DNA of 64,000 nt, taken from assembly GCA_965208325.1 (NCBI GenBank), contig OZ242326.1, positions 1,312,001-1,376,000 of the forward strand. The letters run 5' to 3'. The stretch comes from Candidatus Poribacteria bacterium (GTDB lineage Bacteria > Poribacteria > WGA-4E > PCPOR2b). Shown piece after piece: positions 32,483 to 40,363 of this stretch. The notes beneath the pieces are model-generated. The model saw nothing but the letters and a program-made list of their open reading frames with translations. It was not told where the DNA came from and ran no database searches. Each line of letters begins with the position of its first letter. Position 1 is the first letter of the stretch. The position numbers and the translations under genes are program-made.

Positions 32483-33682
32483 CTAAATCTGATGGATATC
32501 CAATTCCGTCAAGGGTACATAATATGGTTTCGGAAGATCGCCGAAAATTGGGCGGAAATATCCGATGCCAGCGCGTGAAATCTGGAGGTTTTCCGTATCG
32601 TAAAACCGGAGATCAATATTACGGGGGATGACCTTGCCGGCATCGTCAAATTTTATGATCTCATCTAAAGGGAATAACTTTGGTTGAAGCCCGACTTCGG
32701 TGCGGGTAATGGCTGCGACATGGTTGGCTTGCCCTTTGGCAAATGCATCTACCGCTAACCATCCCGCTCTGACGGCGGAATCCCGATCTATCTGTATCGG
32801 CGCCCCGCACCGCTGCAGATGTGCGAGAATGAGATGACGAAAGCTTGAAACCGGAATTGCGGGTGAAAGGCGCCTTTTCATGGCGGCGGCGATAAGTTCT
32901 GAACAGCCGCCAGGTGTGGTATGGCCGAATGCGTCAATTTCTTCCTGAGAACTAATCATCAATTCGCCCTTCCGGTTTCTAATCCCTTCGGCAATTACTA
33001 CGACAACGTTGCCTTTCTCCGCATACTTTTTTTCGATTGCCGCGGCAAGCCGATCAGCGTCGTAACGCACCTCTGGAACGACAATCAGATCTGCGTTTCC
33101 ATAAGCGGCTGAAAGCGTTAGCCAACCCGCATCGCGCCCCATGGTTTCAACAAAGAAAATTCTGTCATGCGAATATGCAGTTGTGCGTAGATCGCGTACA
33201 CAATTTATTAGGCGGCTGGCGGCTGTCGGGAATCCGAGGCAGAAGTAGTTGACAATCTGCGAATAATCGATAGAGTCCCCGTTGGGTGCATTAAGGCCGA
33301 CATCGTTATCTATGGTTTTTGCGACGAATGTCGTCGTGAAAATCTCCGACAGCGCAGCACCAATGCTTAACGTATCATCGCCGCCGATTGGGATAAGTCC
33401 ATCAATGCGAAATTTTCGGAGATTGTCGATAGCCTCATCCATTTTGTTTTCGGCGATGAGATTGGTACGCGAACTTTTGAGCAGCGTGCCGCCTTGGTTT
33501 TCGTCAATTAAATCGGGAGTGAGCGTAAAATAAGATCCGCCATTGAGAACACCGCGCCATCCCTTCATAAACCCGATTAATTCAAAACCGAGTTCTTCTG
33601 CCTTGAGCGCCACGCCTTCAAGTGTAGCGTTCAGCGCACTCGTATCTCCACCGCCAGTTAAAACACCAATGCGCTTAGCCAT
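32483..33682 (-). CDS. pfkA: 6-phosphofructokinase family, PPi-type signature
   Basis: LTGGGD, GGTLLKSSR, GGDDT, KTIDND, ETMGR.AGW, VIAEG. Confidence 0.88.
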   Translation of the reverse strand: MAKRIGVLTGGGDTSALNATLEGVALKAEELGFELIGFMKGWRGVLNGGSYFTLTPDLIDENQGGTLLKSSRTNLIAENKMDEAIDNLRKFRIDGLIPIGGDDTLSIGAALSEIFTTTFVAKTIDNDVGLNAPNGDSIDYSQIVNYFCLGFPTAASRLINCVRDLRTTAYSHDRIFFVETMGRDAGWLTLSAAYGNADLIVVPEVRYDADRLAAAIEKKYAEKGNVVVVIAEGIRNRKGELMISSQEEIDAFGHTTPGGCSELIAAAMKRRLSPAIPVSSFRHLILAHLQRCGAPIQIDRDSAVRAGWLAVDAFAKGQANHVAAITRTEVGLQPKLFPLDEIIKFDDAGKVIPRNIDLRFYDTENLQISRAGIGYFRPIFGDLPKPYYVPLTELDIHQI

Positions 33683-33726
33683 TTTAACTCCTTTACATGG
33701 TATATCCCAAACACACGATATCCCGC

Positions 33727-34221
33727 TTACCAGAAATACTGCTCTGTTTTCTCTCGTTTTACGTGGTAAACGCGGCTAATCTCAGCAATGCCGCCGAGAC
33801 AGTACTTTTCGGGAGCGCTCGGATGGTTTGCCGGGATACAAACTTTGTAGGAATCGGCGCGTAGTTGATAAACGCCGCCCCAAGGCGTCTCGGGGAGGGA
33901 TTCAAGCAAACTCGCGCGCCAACCCTCAATCCCCGGATCAGCGATAAGGTCGTCCAATGCCTTGGGGTATTCATTGGTATGTCTGTGGTACTTTTGGATG
34001 GCGATCGAAATCTCTTCGACATGCCCGTCCGCTTGGCTGACTTTGCGGTATTGCAGCCACGGGGGCAGGGCGAGCGCCGCGATGAGCAATGTTAACCCGA
34101 TTAAGATGAGCAACTGAACGCGCGTCATTCCCGTTGCGTCAATATCATGAAATGATTTAAAGGTATCGGAGTTGGCATCATTGGCCGAATTCGGTATTTT
34201 AAAGAAGGTTTTGTAAGGCAT
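33727..34221 (-). CDS. Type II secretion pseudopilin GspG-like protein
   Basis: G|MTRVQLL prepilin-like junction plus hydrophobic helix; YP..LDDL..DPG..GW, TPWG..Y. Confidence 0.6.
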   Translation of the reverse strand: MPYKTFFKIPNSANDANSDTFKSFHDIDATGMTRVQLLILIGLTLLIAALALPPWLQYRKVSQADGHVEEISIAIQKYHRHTNEYPKALDDLIADPGIEGWRASLLESLPETPWGGVYQLRADSYKVCIPANHPSAPEKYCLGGIAEISRVYHVKREKTEQYFW

Positions 34222-34304
34222 ATGAACTTCTAGTGATTTTCAACGGTATTTATTGTACATGGCAAATTGAAATTCTGCTTCAACGCAATCTATTCAGTTA
34301 ACGC

Positions 34305-34730
34305 CTATCTTGTGACAATCAGATAAACGCCGCACCAGACGAGAAACATGCCAACGACGTATCGGACGGTGAGCGGTTCGCCAAGCAGCACTAAACCAGC
34401 TAAACTCGCTAACACCAACCCTCCAAGCCGAATAACCGGCGCGCCCACAGAAATTGGCGCCCCTGCGCTGAACGTGGCGTATAGCCCCAAGGTAACGGCG
34501 CTAAATGCGACGCCCACGCCCAAAGCCGCCAAGACACCTGATGTTTGAGCGTGTTGCGGTACGCCGCGAGCCCACTGCCACGCAACCCAGACTATCCCCG
34601 TGAGGAAAGTACAACTCCCGTACAGCAACAATCCTAAGCTATTCGAAAGTCTGCCTGCCGCGAGTTTTACGAAAAAGTCAGCGCTTGCCAGCGCCAAAGC
34701 GGTAATGAGTGCATAGTGGATCCAGCCCAT
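34305..34730 (-). CDS. EamA/DMT-family small membrane transporter
   Basis: Five hydrophobic helices; LLGEPLT...VG motif. Confidence 0.75.
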   Translation of the reverse strand: MGWIHYALITALALASADFFVKLAAGRLSNSLGLLLYGSCTFLTGIVWVAWQWARGVPQHAQTSGVLAALGVGVAFSAVTLGLYATFSAGAPISVGAPVIRLGGLVLASLAGLVLLGEPLTVRYVVGMFLVWCGVYLIVTR

Positions 34731-34814
34731 GATTTGAGCGCATCTCCAAATTTCTCGGTCTGCTCTAGTTTGGGTGCCGGAGAGGTTGACAATCATGTAC
34801 TATAGCACCCAAAT

Positions 34815-35579
34815 TTACCATGCTCCAATACCGCCGAGCAGCAGCTTGCGTACTGACGAACCTTCTTCACGCAATCGCGCCACACGAGGACCGCCAAAGG
34901 GTTCGCGTGACTTCATCCAAGCGTTTTGATAGCACATTAGACAGACGCGGCGCCTTTCCGATGATTTGTTCTCCGCACCCCGGTGCCAAGTCCATCCGTC
35001 AAACATCACCGCTTGACCGGGTTTTGCGAGCACAAATTTCTCGTCAGGCAACTGCACACTTCCACCTGGCGGCCGAAATGGCGCCCTGTTGCTCCCGGGC
35101 ACAATAACGATTGGACCGTTATCCATGGTGATTTCGTCGAGATAGTATCCGCAGTTGATATGGCCCGGCGGCTGGCTACCGTACGGTGCTAAAGCGGGCT
35201 CCATGGGCCATGGATTGTCACGATGCCAATTCTGGTCGGGGGCACCGGGATCGGTCACTCTTCCGGTTGCACTGTGAAGTTGAACGCAACTCCCCAATAG
35301 TGCGCGCATGCGGTTGAAAACGGGCGGGTTATCAAGCAGAAAACTAAAACGATCGTCCTCTTCCAGAAGCTCGCCAATGAACTGATCTTGGCGGCGTTCA
35401 AAACTTTCGTCTAGGGCTAGGCGCAACGACTCGACCTGTTCCATGGAGATTGCGTTTTCCACGATGAGGTAGCCCCAATTCAGGAAAAAAGCAACATCGC
35501 GTTCCAGACTCGGATCCGCGTCACGGTGGCTCTCGTGAATTTCCCACTGATCCGGGATAATTGAGCGATTATCGGCCAA
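34815..35579 (-). CDS. Phytanoyl-CoA dioxygenase (PhyH) family Fe/2OG oxygenase
   Basis: GYLIVE, WHRD (HxD), YLDE..MDNG..VPGS, WHRG..N.S..RR; TTG start after GGAGGG. Confidence 0.88.
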   Translation of the reverse strand: MADNRSIIPDQWEIHESHRDADPSLERDVAFFLNWGYLIVENAISMEQVESLRLALDESFERRQDQFIGELLEEDDRFSFLLDNPPVFNRMRALLGSCVQLHSATGRVTDPGAPDQNWHRDNPWPMEPALAPYGSQPPGHINCGYYLDEITMDNGPIVIVPGSNRAPFRPPGGSVQLPDEKFVLAKPGQAVMFDGWTWHRGAENKSSERRRVCLMCYQNAWMKSREPFGGPRVARLREEGSSVRKLLLGGIGAW

Positions 35580-35707
35580 AACACCACCCTCCAAATATTC
35601 TGATTGAAGCGCTGAACCGCCGCTTCAAATGGCAACAGGGACTACTGGTTTCCGGCGGGGCAACTGGGAAACTATTAGCGGATAGCCGTTCGATAAAATC
35701 GAACACC

Positions 35708-36661
35708 TCAACTCTGCCTGACCAGTTTCTGGAGCGAACGCAATTCTCTCGGAGGATCCATGCGGCTGCCGTAGTCGCTCCAAGACACCTCAGCGACGTA
35801 GATGTCTCCTTTAGAGTCGGCGGCAATGCCGTGAGGCGAATAAAACCTGCCCGGCTCATCGCCGTAGGAAAGGTCGCCCACCCTTGCCAGAACGTTCCCT
35901 TTGAGGTCTAGCACAGAGACTCGAGGTCCAAGGCGCTTTCCGGCGACGTTTGTTTGGATACCCCCATAGTATTCGCCGACGTAGACTAACTGGTCGCTCC
36001 GATGGTCTACATGAATGCAGGCTGCCCTCGACAAGTTGACCCACTGCGCCTCATACTTCCCGTTGGAATCAAACACTTGGATTCGGTGGTTTTCGCGATC
36101 AGCAACGTAGACCCAGCCCTCTTTGTCCGTCACGATGTTATGCACAATATTGAACTGGCCCGGATCGGTACCGGACTCACCCCAGGAAAACAGCAGGCGT
36201 CCGTCGGGCGAAAATTTGTGAACGCGGGCATTTGCATACCCATCGGCAACATACAGGTCGCCGGTTTGGGAATCTACAGCGAGGTGCGTCGGTTCGTTGA
36301 AGGGGATGCCGCTCATCGCCGGGGAGTGCTGGTTTTCAGCACCGAGGGTCATCAGGAGTTTTCCGTCGGGTGTAAATTTTCGAACGGTATGATCGAAGTT
36401 GTCCACGCAATAAACCGAATCGTCGGGCCCTATGGTGACACCGTGCGGATTAGTGAAAATTCCGTCTCCCCAAGTTCGCACCACATTTCCACCTGGATCG
36501 AAGACAATCATCGGGTGCGTCCCCCGGTTAAACACATAGACGTTGTCCTTCGAGTCCACAGCGACAGCCGTGGCTTCTTTGTACGTCCAATCCTCCGGCA
36601 TATTGCCCCAGTTTTTGCCTGAGACTTCGTACGTAAAACTCCCGCTACCCAAACTGACCAT
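35708..36661 (-). CDS. NHL-repeat beta-propeller (peptidyl-alpha-hydroxyglycine lyase-like)
   Basis: Repeats FTNPHG, FNEPTH, DGYANARV, FNIVH, VADRENHRIQVFD, FYSPHG. Confidence 0.88.
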   Translation of the reverse strand: MVSLGSGSFTYEVSGKNWGNMPEDWTYKEATAVAVDSKDNVYVFNRGTHPMIVFDPGGNVVRTWGDGIFTNPHGVTIGPDDSVYCVDNFDHTVRKFTPDGKLLMTLGAENQHSPAMSGIPFNEPTHLAVDSQTGDLYVADGYANARVHKFSPDGRLLFSWGESGTDPGQFNIVHNIVTDKEGWVYVADRENHRIQVFDSNGKYEAQWVNLSRAACIHVDHRSDQLVYVGEYYGGIQTNVAGKRLGPRVSVLDLKGNVLARVGDLSYGDEPGRFYSPHGIAADSKGDIYVAEVSWSDYGSRMDPPRELRSLQKLVRQS

Positions 36662-36747
36662 ATGTTACCTCCGCGATGAAGAATGCTTCGATTATTTTAC
36701 AGCGTGCCACCGCTTGTGAGTCCTAAATTTGTGCTATTTTTCCGACC

Positions 36748-38076
36748 TTAGCCGACGAGCCATATATACCGCGCTACAAAAAGCACTGCGAACAGATAAA
36801 TCAGCCAGTGCACCTGCCGACCACGGCCGCTGACGAGTTTTAACAACGCATGCGAGATAAACCCGAATGCAATGCCTTCCGTGATGCTTATGGTTAGGGG
36901 CATCATCAACAGTGTCAGAAAGGCGGGGATGGATTCGGTGAAATCGTCCCAATCTATAGACACCACATTCTTCAGCATCAGACATCCGATGATAATTAGC
37001 GCCGGCGCGACCACCGGATACAGAATTGTATTTTCTCCAATTGCGTGTCCAGCCCCTACCATCTTTATTAGCGGGTTGAAAAACAGCGCGAACAGCATTA
37101 GAATTGCAGTAACGACGTTGGTTAAGCCGGTTCGTCCGCCGGCTGAAATCCCTGACGCACTCTCAATATAACTGGTGACGGTAGATGTACCGAGAAGCGC
37201 ACCGGTGCTGGTGGCGACCGCATCGGAAAACAGGGCGCGCCGCGCCCTCGGCAGCTTTCCATCAACCATTAAACCGGCTTGCTCGCCGACGCCGACCAGC
37301 GTTCCGACGGTATCGAAGAGATCCAAGAAGATAAAGATGAAGATTATAGCTATAAGCTCAGGATTCACGAAAATGTTGGGAATCTGGAGCTTGAAGAAGG
37401 TCGGCGCAATTGAAGGCGGTGCCGAAACAACGCCCTCGAACTTCACCTGCCCCGCAATGAGCCCGACAACAGACGTAGCCAGAATACCTATCAAGATAGC
37501 GCCGCCGACATTGCGAGCGAATAGAATCGCAACCACGACTAGTCCGAACAGCGACAACATCACGGGCGCCGATTTCAGGTTTCCGAGCGTGACATAGGTC
37601 GCCGGGTGGTCGACGATAAGCCCTGCCCACTCCAAACCCACAAGTGCAATCAATAACCCAATCCCAGCGGGAATGGCGTTCCTTAACGAAACCGGCAGAA
37701 CCCCCATCACCTTTTCGCGCAACCCGACAAAGGAGAGCAGGACAAACAACGCTCCCGCAATGAAAACTGCGCCGAGCGCTTGTTGCCACGCCACACCGAG
37801 CGTAAGACAAACCGTGTAGGTGAAATAGAAGTTATGTCCCATGCCCGGTGCGAGCGCAATGGGATAGTTGGCGAGGAATGCCATCAATAGCATCGCCAGC
37901 GCGCTGGTAATGCACGTCGCCGCCATCACGGCGCCGGAATCCATTCCCGCGGCTGAAAGCACTGCGGGTTGGACGAAAATAATGTACGAAAGTGTCATGA
38001 ACGTCGTACAGCCCGCAACAATTTCGCGTTTGACAGTCGTCCCGGATTCTTGTAACCGAAACAATCTTTCAAGCAT
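36748..38076 (-). CDS. NCS2/AzgA-family purine permease
   Basis: REIVAG.TTFMT.SYI, ALAPGMG, FDTVGT, YIESASGI..GGRTG, GIAFGFI. Confidence 0.93.
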   Translation of the reverse strand: MLERLFRLQESGTTVKREIVAGCTTFMTLSYIIFVQPAVLSAAGMDSGAVMAATCITSALAMLLMAFLANYPIALAPGMGHNFYFTYTVCLTLGVAWQQALGAVFIAGALFVLLSFVGLREKVMGVLPVSLRNAIPAGIGLLIALVGLEWAGLIVDHPATYVTLGNLKSAPVMLSLFGLVVVAILFARNVGGAILIGILATSVVGLIAGQVKFEGVVSAPPSIAPTFFKLQIPNIFVNPELIAIIFIFIFLDLFDTVGTLVGVGEQAGLMVDGKLPRARRALFSDAVATSTGALLGTSTVTSYIESASGISAGGRTGLTNVVTAILMLFALFFNPLIKMVGAGHAIGENTILYPVVAPALIIIGCLMLKNVVSIDWDDFTESIPAFLTLLMMPLTISITEGIAFGFISHALLKLVSGRGRQVHWLIYLFAVLFVARYIWLVG

Positions 38077-38356
38077 GCATCACCTTTTTAAATAGAATTC
38101 ATCTGACAGTGTAGAAATCTCCAAAATAGATTCGTTTTGAATTCCCTAAATTGTATTCGATTAAAATTTAGATTGCAAGCGTTAATTTACAGGTGTAAAT
38201 CCGGTAAAAAAACACGGTGACTGTAGGTCGGGTACATAGGTGTTTCTAAGCGGAGAAAACCACGGCACAAAAGCTACGGGATGTCTATGATTTCATTTGA
38301 TGATTGAGGATGGCAACGAAACGGAAATTGGCGATTTACCGGTGATCCGGTGTTGG

Positions 38357-38436
38357 TGGTTACCTTTTATGGAATTGCACCGGCCCGCTTGTGGTGCGGG
38401 TTCATTGAAATCGTAAGGTAACCAAAAGGTAACCAA
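38357..38436. repeat. 11-bp tandem direct repeat AAGGTAACCAA x2 (38415-38436) plus an inverted copy (38357-38368)
   Basis: Read directly; a further AGGTAACC lies at 38991 inside the next ORF. Confidence 0.6.
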
Positions 38437-38751
38437 GAAAAAAGATCTTTACGTCTTTCGATCGGATTGTTATGCTAATCATTTAGCAGTCATTATAGTA
38501 GAGATTTACGACTTTCACAGGCGGTGAATCGAATACAATGTTAAGGCAATCGAGAGGCGAACAGGTGAAGCATTTCACGGAAAAAGCTGGAGTTCAGGGA
38601 TTTTCAATTTATTGGTTTTTGGGTATGATTAAGCGTGCGAGTAGGGAACGATCAACCTAACGAATGGTGAGGGCGAAATCGTTCGCTCGCGATAGTTTTG
38701 GTGTCCGTGAAGACCAATTACAAATAATTTGTGCCAAGCAGACTTTTTTGT

Positions 38752-38780
38752 TTGACATTCGGCATTAGGTTGCGTATAAT
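38752..38780 (+). promoter_or_regulatory. Perfect sigma70 consensus promoter
   Basis: TTGACA (38752-57), 17-nt spacer, TATAAT (38775-80); TTGAA-CAA-TTCAA palindrome at 38783-38795. Confidence 0.85.
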
Positions 38781-38820
38781 AATTGAACAATTCAAATATG
38801 CGAGGGAGCGGCATCCGCGG

Positions 38821-38858
38821 GGGAGCGACATCCGCGAGGTGTCTCTCCCTTTTTTTTT
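38821..38858 (+). terminator. Intrinsic terminator inside the leader of the TerS-like gene
   Basis: GGGAGCGACATC-CGCGA-GGTGTCTCTCCC hairpin followed by T9. Confidence 0.75.
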
Positions 38859-38884
38859 GCTGTTAAAATTAGGAGGGTAAAGCA

Positions 38885-39319
38885 ATGGAAAATGGACGAT
38901 TGCCGGGGGAGACGGTGCTGGCGTACACCTATTTTGAGATGTATCGTGATGCGGGGGATGAGCGCTCGTTAGATGCGCTGAGCGGCCAAGAGGTAACCGG
39001 GAAAAGAAGGTCGGTTTCGATGATTAAGAAGTGGTCGGTGCAATATGATTGGGGCGATCGCGTTGCGGCATTCGATGCATCGGTAGCACGGCGCGCTGCA
39101 GACGCATTATTAAGGCGCCGGGCGTCTGAAATCGAAGCGTTTATTGAAACGGATATGAAAATTGCGTCGCGGGTTCAGGCGTTGTGCCTCAATCAACTTC
39201 AAGCGCTGGAAACCGAAACGGATATTGGCGAACTACGCCAACTGGTATTAACTTACAGAGAGGCGCGGCTATGGATGATGGAGCTCACGGGCGCGCTAGA
39301 GGAGGACATACAGCAATGA
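38885..39319 (+). CDS. Phage terminase-small-subunit-like HTH protein
   Basis: RLPGET..AY.YF..YRD.G.ERSL...KKWSVQYDW.DRV.AFD resembles phage TerS-like N-termini; SD AGGAGG. Confidence 0.6.
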   Translation: MENGRLPGETVLAYTYFEMYRDAGDERSLDALSGQEVTGKRRSVSMIKKWSVQYDWGDRVAAFDASVARRAADALLRRRASEIEAFIETDMKIASRVQALCLNQLQALETETDIGELRQLVLTYREARLWMMELTGALEEDIQQ

Positions 39320-40311
39320 GAAAGCGAAAGAAGTTTCATGAGGTGCGCTACCCGCAAAAAAGGGTATCGAATGGCCGAAATGCGGATACAGCGCCGTCCG
39401 GAACACCAACAGCGGAAACAAAAGACATCGAAGCCGGGTCAATGCCGCCGTGGGAGGATGCGGACACAACAGCATCCGACGCGGAAGAGTTCCGGACTTT
39501 GAGGATTAATGGTATCAATGCTCCGGACCGCGCCGATGTGATAGAAGTTGAAAACGGAAGGAAGTATTTTGACGGAAGTTGGATTGGACGCAAGATTGAC
39601 GATAATATAATCATCCTGACGGATATTGAGACGGGCTTTTTCAGGGAGTGTGTGGAGGCTGACAAAGGCGGCGGTTGGTATGGTAATTCTAACAGCCTTG
39701 ATTTAGAGAAATATGGGTTGGGGCCGCATGATAGAATTAGAACAGAGCACATTCCGCAGGTCGAGGAGGCGGAACGGGAAGACCTCCTTGTGAGGTTGAT
39801 ATATCGGAAAGCGTATCACCGCGCGACAGCTCACATCGCGGAATTCGGTAAATCCACCGAGATTTTAGTTCAGGAGTGTTGGTTTAAGTGTTATCTCCCC
39901 TGGCCTTGCCTTGAGAGGGACATTCCGCGTTCGGTTGAAGTTGCCAATAATATACTGCAAGAATTAGAACCGGAGGTTAACGAGCAGGTTAAAATAGTGC
40001 AACCTAAAATCAAAGCAGAGATGAAACTCAGGAAGGCGTCCGGGGAATATGACCTCACCGATTTGTTACTTGTACCGGATGGGGTCCCACAATGGACGAT
40101 GCTACCGAAGCCTTCCAACCGCGACGAGTTAAACGAGTTAGAGGCGTTTTATGAAGAAGATCGGGCGGCGGACCGCCGCGTCAAGGAGAAACAGGATGCG
40201 CGTGATCAGGGAAAGATAGGACCGATGGGGTCGTATAGCTTTCATGACGTGTGGGATAGAGAGACTACCTTGGAAGACTTACAGAAACGGGTGGCAGCAA
40301 GAGGATGGTAG
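39316..40311 (+). CDS. Hypothetical protein (331 aa), translationally coupled to the TerS-like gene
   Basis: ATGA overlap with the upstream stop and SD GGAGGA; long open frame; no recognisable motif. Confidence 0.7.
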   Translation: MRKRKKFHEVRYPQKRVSNGRNADTAPSGTPTAETKDIEAGSMPPWEDADTTASDAEEFRTLRINGINAPDRADVIEVENGRKYFDGSWIGRKIDDNIIILTDIETGFFRECVEADKGGGWYGNSNSLDLEKYGLGPHDRIRTEHIPQVEEAEREDLLVRLIYRKAYHRATAHIAEFGKSTEILVQECWFKCYLPWPCLERDIPRSVEVANNILQELEPEVNEQVKIVQPKIKAEMKLRKASGEYDLTDLLLVPDGVPQWTMLPKPSNRDELNELEAFYEEDRAADRRVKEKQDARDQGKIGPMGSYSFHDVWDRETTLEDLQKRVAARGW

Positions 40312-40363
40312 GTTTTTGGAGGATGGGCAAAACGGAGAAAATAGTAGATTCGACAAGTGCCGA

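Noticed and set aside
38077..38300. Purine riboswitch upstream of the NCS2 permease
   Set aside because: Only a TTTCTAC fragment is present; the other conserved aptamer motifs and stems are missing
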